IMG/VR virus record: IMGVR_UViG_3300029171_000007
Coordinates: 1 to 57,954 of that record
Direction: 5' to 3' (one strand)
Origin: a virus
Taxonomy: Duplodnaviria > Caudoviricetes
Length of the DNA stretch: 57,954 nucleotides
A program made the position numbers and the translations under genes. Numbering within the stretch: position 1 is the stretch's first letter; each line of letters starts with the position of its first letter. Positions 37,757 to 47,150 of the stretch are shown here, in pieces. The notes under the pieces are model-generated. The model saw only the letters and a list, made by a program, of their open reading frames with translations. It did not search any database and was not told where the DNA came from.

Positions 37757-39301
37757 TTACTTGCCTTTTCCTTTGCGGGCCTCCAAAGAAGCCTGAGCGG
37801 AAGCGATCAACTCGTCGCGACGTTTTGAGGTGAGGTTGCCAGTGCTGAACATCTTGTTCGCCCAAGCTACCTCGGCCGTGTATTGATCGTCGGCCTCAGT
37901 GCCGTTGGATGCGGATTCGGGAATCGGGGAACCACCGTTGCCTTCTTTGCCTTCCGCCTTGCGGCCGGCTTTCATGTCGGCAAGCGCTTTGGAAGTCTGC
38001 TCAAGGTTGGTCTTGAGGGTGGCAATCGTGGTTTCCAATGGCTTCACTGCCTCGGCGATGGCCGCGGTCAATTGCTCGGTGTCGATACCGGGGGCGGCAG
38101 CCTCAGGGGCCAAGGCTTTCACCTTTGCCACAAAGCCTTCCGACTCGGTGTACTTGGCCATAATGCCTTCCACGATGGAAGCGTCGAATTCGATGGAAAG
38201 ATTTTCGAGCGCGGCGGCGAATTCTTCCTCGCTCATGGGTTCGCCATCCTTGGTGGCGGTCATGTTGGCCTTTTTGAAAAGCGCCAAAAATTGGTCTTTG
38301 AGACTCATGGTGTGAGTTGATTTTGAGGTTAAAGATGTTCCCGCCACGATAACCGCCTTGGGGGCCTTCATGGCCTTGGCTTCCGCGTCGAGGTATTTGA
38401 TGACATCGTCAGTGGTGCCCATTTCGTCGGCAAGGCCCATGTCGATGATTTCTTGCCCAATGTATTCTTTGCCGGTCAAGACAACGGGTACGCCGTCCTC
38501 TGTCTTGGAGGTGTTTAGTTTGCCACGGCGCCCTTTTCTTACCGCCCCCAAAAACGCTTCGTTGATCGGGTCGAGCAATTCCTTCTTGAGCGTTTCGGGA
38601 TTGCCGTTAAGCGCATCGTAAAACGCCTGGTTCTTGTTGAAGGACTTGGTGGCACGTGTAACGATTTCTTTCACGCCCATGTCCTCCAGCATCTTAGTGT
38701 CGTCGTAAATGGTGCTCATCGTTCCAATGGAGCCGGCAGCGGCAGTTTTGCCCGAGATAAAAATCTTTTTGGCCCCCGAAACAATCCAGTACCCAGCCGA
38801 GTAGGCCGAGTTGCTGATATATGCGGCCAATGGCTTTTTGTAAATATCCTCAAAGCTTGCGACCATATTGGCAAAGTCTTCCGTTCCGCTCACGCTGCCA
38901 CCGGGAGAGTGCACCTTGAGCATCACGCCCTTGATTTTTGGGTGACGGCCTACGATGTCGAGCTCCTTCATTATGTCAAGACTGCCCTTGGAGCAGAACC
39001 CGCCACTGCGCTGGATGACACCGTCAACGGAGATAATCGCATGGGCGCCTTCATCGGGCAAATTGTCGAGCGACTTTTCGTCGTCCCACATAATATCAAA
39101 TTCCGTCGCCGTGCCCCTTTTGGAAAGCAACGCAAACTTTGGCCGAGTGGCTTGCTGGTTTGCCCGCCTTGCCTCTTTCAATTCTTCCAATGAAGCGTTC
39201 TCCCCCTTGATCATCCTGACGATGCTGGGCATGTAGCCAGCTGCGCCCTGAGCGGTAATTGCCCAAACCTCGGTATATATTTCGCTAAGTAGTGGGAGCA
39301 T
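37757..39301 (-). CDS. S49 (SppA-like) prohead protease with C-terminal scaffold
   Basis: HSPGGSVSG, AYSAGYWIVS, GSIG, GLADEMGT; acidic coiled-coil C-terminus. Confidence 0.9.
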   Translation of the reverse strand: MLPLLSEIYTEVWAITAQGAAGYMPSIVRMIKGENASLEELKEARRANQQATRPKFALLSKRGTATEFDIMWDDEKSLDNLPDEGAHAIISVDGVIQRSGGFCSKGSLDIMKELDIVGRHPKIKGVMLKVHSPGGSVSGTEDFANMVASFEDIYKKPLAAYISNSAYSAGYWIVSGAKKIFISGKTAAAGSIGTMSTIYDDTKMLEDMGVKEIVTRATKSFNKNQAFYDALNGNPETLKKELLDPINEAFLGAVRKGRRGKLNTSKTEDGVPVVLTGKEYIGQEIIDMGLADEMGTTDDVIKYLDAEAKAMKAPKAVIVAGTSLTSKSTHTMSLKDQFLALFKKANMTATKDGEPMSEEEFAAALENLSIEFDASIVEGIMAKYTESEGFVAKVKALAPEAAAPGIDTEQLTAAIAEAVKPLETTIATLKTNLEQTSKALADMKAGRKAEGKEGNGGSPIPESASNGTEADDQYTAEVAWANKMFSTGNLTSKRRDELIASAQASLEARKGKGK

Positions 39302-39454
39302 TGGTAAAATTTATTTATATTTGCGGCGAACTTTGTCCGTAAAGATTTGCGGAAACTTGCAAGTGTCGCTTTTAAATAATGCGGGGTTGCTTGTTTTTGA
39401 AATCGCTACGGCTTTGATAATCATTAAATTAATTAAAATTTAAATTTTCATCTT

Positions 39455-40006
39455 ATGAAAGTTAGCAAATTTCAAGGACTTCTCGTCATGCTTGGCGAGT
39501 GCCACAGAATGTCGGAAGCCTACAAGAATGAGGGCGACGCAAACTTTGCACAGGTCAGCGGCCTGATTCGTCAAGCGGTTGGGAAGATCGACGCAACGTC
39601 GGCGCTTGCCTTGGGCAACGACGCGAAGGCCGACGCGCCCAAGCGTGCCACGTTCAACACGACGCCCCCACCTTACAAGGGCTCGGCACAGAAGGCCAAA
39701 GGGGGAAAGCCTGCTGCCCTTCCTACTGAGAACGTTGAGTCGCTTGCTGGGGAGGGCGAACAGGAAGAAGTGGTTGCTCCAGAAATCGGCCTTGACAGCG
39801 ACCCCACAATTCTCAGGCTCCGCGAATTGGCGGATGCCAAGGCGGTTGTTGCCGAGTTCTCCGTTGACACTTTAAGGCTCGTGGCCGAGAAGTACGGTAT
39901 TGTCATTCCCGAAGAGTCAAAGAACGCAATGCAGGTCGCTGCCCGCGTGAAAAACTGGCTCAAGGAAAACAAGCCACAGTCCGTAACCCCTGCAATTGAA
40001 GGCTAA
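39455..40006 (+). CDS. Hypothetical protein, first gene of the tail operon
   Basis: 183 aa; divergent from the protease; TATATTTG box near 39316. Confidence 0.65.
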   Translation: MKVSKFQGLLVMLGECHRMSEAYKNEGDANFAQVSGLIRQAVGKIDATSALALGNDAKADAPKRATFNTTPPPYKGSAQKAKGGKPAALPTENVESLAGEGEQEEVVAPEIGLDSDPTILRLRELADAKAVVAEFSVDTLRLVAEKYGIVIPEESKNAMQVAARVKNWLKENKPQSVTPAIEG

Positions 40007-41024
40007 TGATAACCTTCCAAATACAGCCGGAGACCGAATCGGGGCCAGCGTCCGACAGCAAGACACTTTCCATTAAGAACAGCGTCGATGAAATCACGCT
40101 GAGGGAGTTCGTGGACTTTCAGTTGCTGCTGGCGGACGCCGACGCCTACATCGCCGAGTTCTTGAAACTCGAAGGCGAAGAGTCCATCGAATGCGCCAGC
40201 GCATGGGACGCACAGCAATGGATTGGGTTCTACTCGTTCCTTGCCTCGGCGGTCGGTATCTTTGGCAATTGTGACATCTACGACCTAATGGAGCTCCCCA
40301 AAGATATGGCCATCAATGGGGAGCAGGGGGGTGATTCCCTCGTGGCGCTGTTCAAGCTCGTCACGGGGGCCATCTCCAGCTATGAGCCACAGATGATTAA
40401 CAAATTCAACTACAAGGGCAAAACATTTTTGGTGCCCCCGAAAATCGCTTCCAACCTTGGAAGGCCAGAGTACGGCCCCGGCACCAAAACGATTGAGTTC
40501 ATCGAGGCCCTACAGGTTGAGCACGTCTTTGGGGCAAAAGGCGAGGACGGTGAATTCCTCATCAAGGACAGGCGCTATCACACAGACCTGGGCATCATGG
40601 CGGCAATCTGCCGCATGGTAAAACCCGATGGCACCGTCGAACGTTTGCCCCTTGACATGAACGAGCGGCGAAACTTTATTTCTCAAAGGATAAAGTTTTT
40701 TGAGAACATTCCCATTCGCGTCGCCTTGGACGTAGGTTTTTTTTTGTTGAGTTCAAGCGAGAGCTTGAAACTCACCCATACACTGGATGGATCTTTCAGT
40801 CTAATGCGCGCAATGCGCAGGAAGCTGTAGAGGCCATCAGGAGTGGCAACCGTTGGGCCGTCTTTGGATGGTACAACACGTTAAAACAAATAGCCGCCTC
40901 CGGGCTGTTCCAAAAAGATGGGATGAGCAAAATGGAAGGGGCTTGTGACAGTTACTTTTGGGAAGCGATGATTTGGCTTGGAAGCGAAGCCTTGACAAAT
41001 ATGCCCCAAGATACACAATGGTAG
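40006..41024 (+). CDS. Putative tail assembly chaperone with -1 programmed frameshift (short form ends 40830, long form 41024)
   Basis: T9 run at 40737-40745 (GFF). The -1 frame stays open to TAG 41022-41024, encoding ...WAVFGWYNTLKQIAASGLF... Confidence 0.7.
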
Positions 41025-41222
41025 TTTTTACCCAAGTGAAAATATTACACTATGGTAGTTTTTACCACAATGTAAGGCCCTATTTGGGTAGTTTTCACTT
41101 GGGTAGTTTTTCACTATGGTAAAAACTACCCCCATAGAAGTATTATACTTATAGTACATAAGAAGCATTAGCCAAATAAAACAAACCCCATATACGTGCG
41201 TGTGCGCGTACGTACGCGAGGG
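41018..41222. repeat. Non-coding second copy of the iteron array
   Basis: GGTAGTTTTTACC at 41020 and 41054, inverted at 41118, partial at 41087 and 41102; downstream flank resembles the reverse complement of 19561-19645. Confidence 0.8.
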
Positions 41223-41245
41223 ATGATTTTTTAAAAAAATTTCCG

Positions 41246-41908
41246 ATGACGCCATTCACGACAAAAGACTTCTTTGGCTTTCTCCGGCTGATTGCCGAAA
41301 GCTCCAAGCAAGTCATAGCCCAAGGCCAAGACATTAAGTGCAAGCGGTTGCAAACTTTTGCCGTGGTTTTTTCCCGCGACCAAATCGCGGACGAGACGCT
41401 GGGAAAAGACGCCCGATATATCGGCACTGATTACTTCTATTCCAGACTTTGGAAAGACAACGGCTCCAAGCCTTCGTCGCTCAAGTATGAGTACCCACTT
41501 CTGGGCATTATGGAAGACACCGACACCATCACTAACGCATTCGACAACGGGCGTCGCTTTTCCACGCGGTTCACTATTTTTGTCCTTGACAAAATGCCCG
41601 ACAAGCTGAACTCTGACGCGCCCAAAACCATCTGTGGTTCGCGCACGTGGGAAGAAGTTGGCGAGAATTGCAAAGCATTGATGATGAAAACGTTTGACTC
41701 GCTTGCGGCCAAAGACTGGGATGGCGTACCACTCGATGCGTTTTTTGACGGCAACGTGAGCGGAGAGAAAATCTTCCGGGCTTTCAAGGACGATTTGGCC
41801 GGCTACTTCTGCAAAATAAACGTCACGCTGGATTCGTGCCAGGAGCAATTTGAAACTAACGACGCAACCCCCATTCCCGTGTCACCCGATGACGCTTGCT
41901 GCCCATGA
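41246..41908 (+). CDS. Putative tail terminator/completion protein
   Basis: YEYPLL, D..AG motifs; position in the operon. Confidence 0.55.
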   Translation: MTPFTTKDFFGFLRLIAESSKQVIAQGQDIKCKRLQTFAVVFSRDQIADETLGKDARYIGTDYFYSRLWKDNGSKPSSLKYEYPLLGIMEDTDTITNAFDNGRRFSTRFTIFVLDKMPDKLNSDAPKTICGSRTWEEVGENCKALMMKTFDSLAAKDWDGVPLDAFFDGNVSGEKIFRAFKDDLAGYFCKINVTLDSCQEQFETNDATPIPVSPDDACCP

Positions 41909-42465
41909 TAGAAGAAGCGCTATATGTCACCCTACAAGACGTCCTCCAAGAACTTGGGGACATTCTTGTGACCGAGCTCCAAAAGGAATTGCTTGGCCAA
42001 GGCCACGAGGCCACTGGCGACCTAATGCGCTCCATTCAGCAAAAGGTAACCGTAACGATTGGTGCGGTTGAACTGGAAGTTTCCTACCTCAAATACGGGG
42101 CATATCTCGAAACGGGCTATCCGGGTTCTGCTTTACCGCCAAGACCGGGAAGGGCCGAGATAACCGCGCTTGTTGAATGGATTCGGGTAAAGGGCATTCT
42201 TGACGCCGACAAAATTGCCAAGTATGGCTTTGACAAGGCCGCAACGGGATTTGCTTTTGGTATCGCCTACGCCCATCGCCGTGATGGCTTCCCATTGAAG
42301 AGCTCACTGAAGTATTCCGGCAATGGCAGGATAACGGGCTGGCAGTCTCATGTACTCTATGAAACCCTTATCCAAACCGAGGAAAAAATAAAAGACGTAA
42401 CGGACGAACAAATTGACATAATTTTGTCCGACGTCATCCGCAAAATCACTCTAAACTATAACTGA
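41905..42465 (+). CDS. Putative neck/tail completion protein
   Basis: ATGDLMRSI, YGAYLETG, LVEWIRVKG pattern. Confidence 0.6.
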   Translation: MIEEALYVTLQDVLQELGDILVTELQKELLGQGHEATGDLMRSIQQKVTVTIGAVELEVSYLKYGAYLETGYPGSALPPRPGRAEITALVEWIRVKGILDADKIAKYGFDKAATGFAFGIAYAHRRDGFPLKSSLKYSGNGRITGWQSHVLYETLIQTEEKIKDVTDEQIDIILSDVIRKITLNYN

Positions 42466-42947
42466 TGAAAAAGTTAGCCATTCTTTTGATTGCCCTTGCG
42501 CTGGGCTCATGTATCAACCAAAACCGCGTGGCCAAGTGGATCAAGAACCACGGGGGCGAAGTGAAGGAAACCGTCACCACGGTCGTGACCAAAATGGTTG
42601 TCGATACGGTTTACATCAAGGGCGACACGGCCACCTTTGTGGATTATGTCCACGGGGATATTGACACGACGATAACCGAGGGGAGGGTCGAGATAAGGTA
42701 CAGGTACGTCACCGATACCGTTGACGGCCCAAAGGTTTACATCACCGGAATTTGCATTCCGGAAACAACCTACGTCCATCGCGTGGACACGATGGAGATA
42801 AACACCACCACCAGCGTGACGGTGGAAGAAAAGCATGGATGGCTTTGGTGGCTCAACAAAATATTCGCCTGGTCTTGGCTGTGGGTATTGATGGCGCTAC
42901 TGCTTTACGTCAGTTTCAAAATCATCAAGTCACGGTTCAAGTTCTGA
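42465..42947 (+). CDS. Putative unimolecular spanin
   Basis: Lipobox LALGSC, Thr/Val-rich beta region, C-terminal TM helix and basic tail. Confidence 0.6.
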   Translation: MKKLAILLIALALGSCINQNRVAKWIKNHGGEVKETVTTVVTKMVVDTVYIKGDTATFVDYVHGDIDTTITEGRVEIRYRYVTDTVDGPKVYITGICIPETTYVHRVDTMEINTTTSVTVEEKHGWLWWLNKIFAWSWLWVLMALLLYVSFKIIKSRFKF

Positions 42948-43308
42948 ACGGACACTGATAGTCAGGCAGGAGAATGTAGAATTCGTTCCCCCCGGTAGCC
43001 AATACCGGCCACGTGGTCACCAGTTGACCTTGGGTGTAGAAAGACAAGCTGTCGCACGCTTCATGTGCGGAACAAGAATAGGAATACCCGGAGCCCCTAA
43101 AGAGGGGATTGGTTGAAATAAAAACGGAATCCCCGACAAATTCCATTGAGAGATAAGTGACCGGCACGGAATAACTGTCGGCGTTCCAGCCACAGTCGGA
43201 TATTTGCCACTTGCCCTGGCACATCAAACCAAAGTCAAGCTTGGTGTCGTTTTTGCGGCAAGCGGAAACCAAAACAAAAAGGGAAAGCAATACAAGTAAA
43301 CGTTTCAT
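42937..43308 (-). CDS. Lipoprotein encoded antisense to the tail operon
   Basis: MKRLLVLLSLFVLVSAC lipobox; lipocalin-like GKW motif; TATTTTG box just upstream. Confidence 0.7.
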   Translation of the reverse strand: MKRLLVLLSLFVLVSACRKNDTKLDFGLMCQGKWQISDCGWNADSYSVPVTYLSMEFVGDSVFISTNPLFRGSGYSYSCSAHEACDSLSFYTQGQLVTTWPVLATGGNEFYILLPDYQCPFRT

Positions 43309-43323
43309 ACAAAATATATTTTT

Positions 43324-43563
43324 ATGTTACCTTCAGTTACTGAGCAGGGCTCCGCGTCCAAAACCAAAGCCGATGCACGCGCCACCAAACTATCGGCGGA
43401 ATTGTTGGCCATGGGCATTACTTCTTACGAGGCAATATCCGCGCCAATTGCATACGGTGTCGTATTGAAGAACAAGAAGACCAACGCGATTGTTGAGGTC
43501 GCCACTTTGTTCGAGGAAATCGGCGAACAAAAAATCCTTGATAACCTTGAACTCATTAACTAA
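43324..43563 (+). CDS. Hypothetical protein
   Basis: 79-aa ORF. Confidence 0.55.
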   Translation: MLPSVTEQGSASKTKADARATKLSAELLAMGITSYEAISAPIAYGVVLKNKKTNAIVEVATLFEEIGEQKILDNLELIN

Positions 43564-43566
43564 CCA

Positions 43567-44826
43567 ATGGCAGCAATAACCATACTCATAGAACCCGTTC
43601 CGGGGGATTTGCTGGCGGCCTACGGGAAGAACATCCCGTTTATCGTCAGCATCCAGTTCAACTCGGGCGCAGCCACAAGGCCACCCGTCAACCCGGTGTT
43701 GGAAGCGCAGTGGGAGAACTATGGCACAATGGTGTCAACCGAGTACTACAACGACCCGGACAGCTACGCATACTTGGGTGCCAACGAGCACCTGTACACG
43801 TATTGGGTAGACGCTTCCGAGGCAATGCAAGCGGTGCTGTCCAACGAAGACACGCTCACCGCTCCTGGCACCGGCACGATATACCTGAGCAGCACTTACC
43901 AAGCGGAGCTCACGGCCCAGTTCTTTATGTGGATTCCAACGGGGGCCTATCACACGCCAACACGGGACCCGGCGCCAGCTGCTTCCGACAAGTCTTACGT
44001 CATCAACGCGGTCATCAACTCCGACTTTCGCGGAGTGTTCGACCTCAAAGACTTTGACCCGGCTTACGCTACGTTGGAACGGTTCCTCACAAACAAGCCG
44101 CAGGAATACCGCGTGGTTTGCCCCGATGACCACGAGTATCTTGCCGTTTGGAACCCAGCGGGAAAGCCCACCTACTACGCCTATGATTCGTCTGGCACGC
44201 TCGTGGGGGCTGGAACGGTCAACGGTATGGTCACCGGCCCCAATGAAATATTGTTGATGGGCTCAGGTCCCCTTAATTTTCAGAACTACACCTACAGCGT
44301 TCAAGCGGGATTGTTCCCCGGTGATCCTGGAGTTGCCTACTATGAGGTGTTCTTTGCGGGCCTTGGAACCGAGACCATCAGGTACTACGTCCATCAGGGA
44401 TGTTGCCGCAAGTACCGCTTGTTCTTCCTTAACCAATACGGGTTCTTTGACGCGTTGACCATCGACACCGCCGAGATTGAAAGCAACAACGTACAGCGCA
44501 CGAAATACGAACGCCAACGGTCGCTTTACTGGACGAGGAACGAAAGGGGCGCCAACTCCATCTCGGCACGCGCATCCAATACCTACGACATGGCCCTTGG
44601 TAGGGTGCCCAAGTCCTCCATCGAATGGATCAAGGAAATACTTCGCTCCCCTAACGTTTTTATCCAAAGGAAATTCACGGGGGGAAGCACCGCTTCGATT
44701 GCCGACTACGAGCCCGTGTACATCATCGAGGACACGTTCACGGTTCGCGACTCCACTGTGTCGGGCTTTGTGGACATCACGTTCAAGGCCACTGCTTCCA
44801 ACTCTTACCTCACACAACGCAACTAA
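43567..44826 (+). CDS. Putative distal tail/baseplate protein
   Basis: L.FLNQYG.FD and EILRSPNVF motifs typical of Bacteroidota siphophage tail proteins. Confidence 0.65.
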   Translation: MAAITILIEPVPGDLLAAYGKNIPFIVSIQFNSGAATRPPVNPVLEAQWENYGTMVSTEYYNDPDSYAYLGANEHLYTYWVDASEAMQAVLSNEDTLTAPGTGTIYLSSTYQAELTAQFFMWIPTGAYHTPTRDPAPAASDKSYVINAVINSDFRGVFDLKDFDPAYATLERFLTNKPQEYRVVCPDDHEYLAVWNPAGKPTYYAYDSSGTLVGAGTVNGMVTGPNEILLMGSGPLNFQNYTYSVQAGLFPGDPGVAYYEVFFAGLGTETIRYYVHQGCCRKYRLFFLNQYGFFDALTIDTAEIESNNVQRTKYERQRSLYWTRNERGANSISARASNTYDMALGRVPKSSIEWIKEILRSPNVFIQRKFTGGSTASIADYEPVYIIEDTFTVRDSTVSGFVDITFKATASNSYLTQRN

Positions 44827-44832
44827 TGCCAG

Positions 44833-47148
44833 ATGCCAAATATCGAAATACGAATTAACGGGCTGCCCGCGGACTTTGAAGAGGTCGAGGGGTTCCCCGT
44901 GTCCATCGTCAAGCAAATGGACAAGTTTGTGGAGATTGCTGGCAGTACCGGCAGCACCACGAAGAACGTCATCGACTCGCTCGTTTTGCCAGCCACAAAG
45001 CGTAACTGCGAAATCGTTTATCAGTCGTGGCAACCAGCGGTCGGGAATAGGTCGATTCGTGGCCAGTTTTCAATCGTGGTGGTCGTTAACGGCGCGGTGA
45101 TATTCTCGGGTAGGTGCATACTCAAAAAGTCCGTGAGAAGGGATTCTAACCCCAAGTCTTTTTCGTTCGACACGTTGGGCGATGGGTTGAACATTTGGGA
45201 AGCATTGGAGGGTATCTCGCTCAGGTCGTTGGACTGCTCCACAATCACGCTGGAGAACTTCGACATCCACAACTCCAACCTGAGCGCCAACGCTTGGCCG
45301 ACATTCCCTTGCATCTTTGCGCCCGTCATTTATGGAACCACCTCGGGGCCTGCCTCAACCACGGCGCCATGGACGGGCCTGACGTGGAAGCTCATGGACT
45401 TTAGGCCATCGGTGTACTATGCCGAAATAGTCACGGCAATCTTCACAAGGCTGCTTGGGTATCAAATAGAGTCGGGTTTTTTCGCCACCGATTTCTGGAA
45501 AGACTGGGTCTATGCTTTCGGCGTGGGCAGCCAATGGAAACTCGCGGCACTGGTGAGCGATTGCAAGTTCTACGCCGAGAGGACTGGTACAGCTTTCAAC
45601 ATCGCGGCTGGGGGGCCAACTGTCATCCAACTGAATACTGAAAGGTACGACCCTCTGAATATCTACAACAATGCTGTAGCTTACAAAGCGGTCATCCCTT
45701 ACACCGGCGTTTGGGAATTTCGTTGGAACTTTCAGGCCACTGGAAACTTTCCCCAATTGGAGTTTAGGGTACAAGACCCATCCAATCCCCTCGATCCTAT
45801 CTTTGGCGACTTTACCTATACGAGAATCCCCGCTGGCCCTCCGGGAGATGAAGAATATTATTGGAAACTGAAAGTGCGTGCCGGGGCCACCGTATGGCTT
45901 CAAGCGCATGCCGCAGGACTTGGTGGCACGATAAACATCGGGGCATACCTGAGCGGGCAACTCATAGACGAAGTGATAGAGGAAAGCGAAATCAATTTGG
46001 CGACGTGCCTCCACGACAAGCCCGTGAAAGATTTCATCCGCGCCATCACGCATCAATTCAACTTGGTTTGGTTCGTGAACAATGTCACCAGGACAATCTT
46101 TGTTGAGCCAAGGTTCGACTACTACATCCACAACAACGACCCGTTCACGCCCGCAATGGTCAGGTATCAAGGATGGTATTCTTCGCCATCGGAAGTGGCC
46201 GTCGAACCAATGGCATTGGACGCGGACACGATAGAGCTGGAGGTAATCCAACCGTTCGGCAAGTTCATCAGGATGCAGTACAAGGACGACAGCGATCCGC
46301 TTGGGGAATACTACAAGGGATTGCACACGGCATCTACCGGCGTTGCCCCTTATGGCGTTGAGCTCCAGTTCGAGGACAGAGGGGAAGACGGGGAGACCTC
46401 TGAAAATCCCCTCTTTGGCCCGCTCTTTATTGGCTGGACGAACACGGTGCAGACCTACGGCTATTTCCTGCCTTGGATACTCCCGTCTGGAACCGACGTG
46501 CAGAACGACCTGATGGCCGCGGGTTATGGCCCAGGAGGGGAACCGGCCACGATTGGCGTGCTGCCAACCCCGACGTTTGAGAGCGGCCCAAAGTGCGCGT
46601 ACGTCATTAGGGAGATGATAGAAGTCGAATGGATTGGGGGCATTGCCACGGACTTCGCCCTGCTCATGCAGCACAATAGTTTGGCCAACAACTACGGGTT
46701 CTCCAACTTCAACAAGTGGTCTGGGGGCTACTGCTCCGTCGAGCGTAGGTTTGCAAACGGCGCAGCTGGGGCTGCTGGAAATCAAATGGCCATCACGGGA
46801 CAAACCGACGCGGAGCCACTGCCCGGACTTGTGGAGATGTTCTACTGGACATACCTGGCCACCATCAAACGCGGCCTGATGATCACTGGTGAAGCTGACC
46901 TGACAAACGTGGACGTGTCGCAAGAAGACTTCCGCGCACTGAAGTCCGTGCAAGTCGGCCCTATAACCAGGCTTTGCGTGCTGGTCAAGATTGACCAATT
47001 TAAGCCGATGGTGCACGAGAACACGAAGGTTCAACTGATAGAGTACATGAAGGAGACGGAAGAAACCTTCCTCAACGAGGACGGCACGGACGCCTATACC
47101 AACAACGACGAGAAAGACCCACAAATAATTCACTTTAACCCATTATAG
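44833..47148 (+). CDS. Putative tail tip/hub protein with C1q-like insert
   Basis: LPATKRN N-terminus, FIRAITHQFNL, IFVEPR; upstream of the tape measure gene. Confidence 0.65.
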   Translation: MPNIEIRINGLPADFEEVEGFPVSIVKQMDKFVEIAGSTGSTTKNVIDSLVLPATKRNCEIVYQSWQPAVGNRSIRGQFSIVVVVNGAVIFSGRCILKKSVRRDSNPKSFSFDTLGDGLNIWEALEGISLRSLDCSTITLENFDIHNSNLSANAWPTFPCIFAPVIYGTTSGPASTTAPWTGLTWKLMDFRPSVYYAEIVTAIFTRLLGYQIESGFFATDFWKDWVYAFGVGSQWKLAALVSDCKFYAERTGTAFNIAAGGPTVIQLNTERYDPLNIYNNAVAYKAVIPYTGVWEFRWNFQATGNFPQLEFRVQDPSNPLDPIFGDFTYTRIPAGPPGDEEYYWKLKVRAGATVWLQAHAAGLGGTINIGAYLSGQLIDEVIEESEINLATCLHDKPVKDFIRAITHQFNLVWFVNNVTRTIFVEPRFDYYIHNNDPFTPAMVRYQGWYSSPSEVAVEPMALDADTIELEVIQPFGKFIRMQYKDDSDPLGEYYKGLHTASTGVAPYGVELQFEDRGEDGETSENPLFGPLFIGWTNTVQTYGYFLPWILPSGTDVQNDLMAAGYGPGGEPATIGVLPTPTFESGPKCAYVIREMIEVEWIGGIATDFALLMQHNSLANNYGFSNFNKWSGGYCSVERRFANGAAGAAGNQMAITGQTDAEPLPGLVEMFYWTYLATIKRGLMITGEADLTNVDVSQEDFRALKSVQVGPITRLCVLVKIDQFKPMVHENTKVQLIEYMKETEETFLNEDGTDAYTNNDEKDPQIIHFNPL

Positions 47149-47150
47149 CC

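Noticed and set aside
45355-47133. 592-aa minus-strand ORF
   Set aside because: Antisense shadow of the tail-tip gene; no motifs, and composition is typical of reverse-frame read-through.
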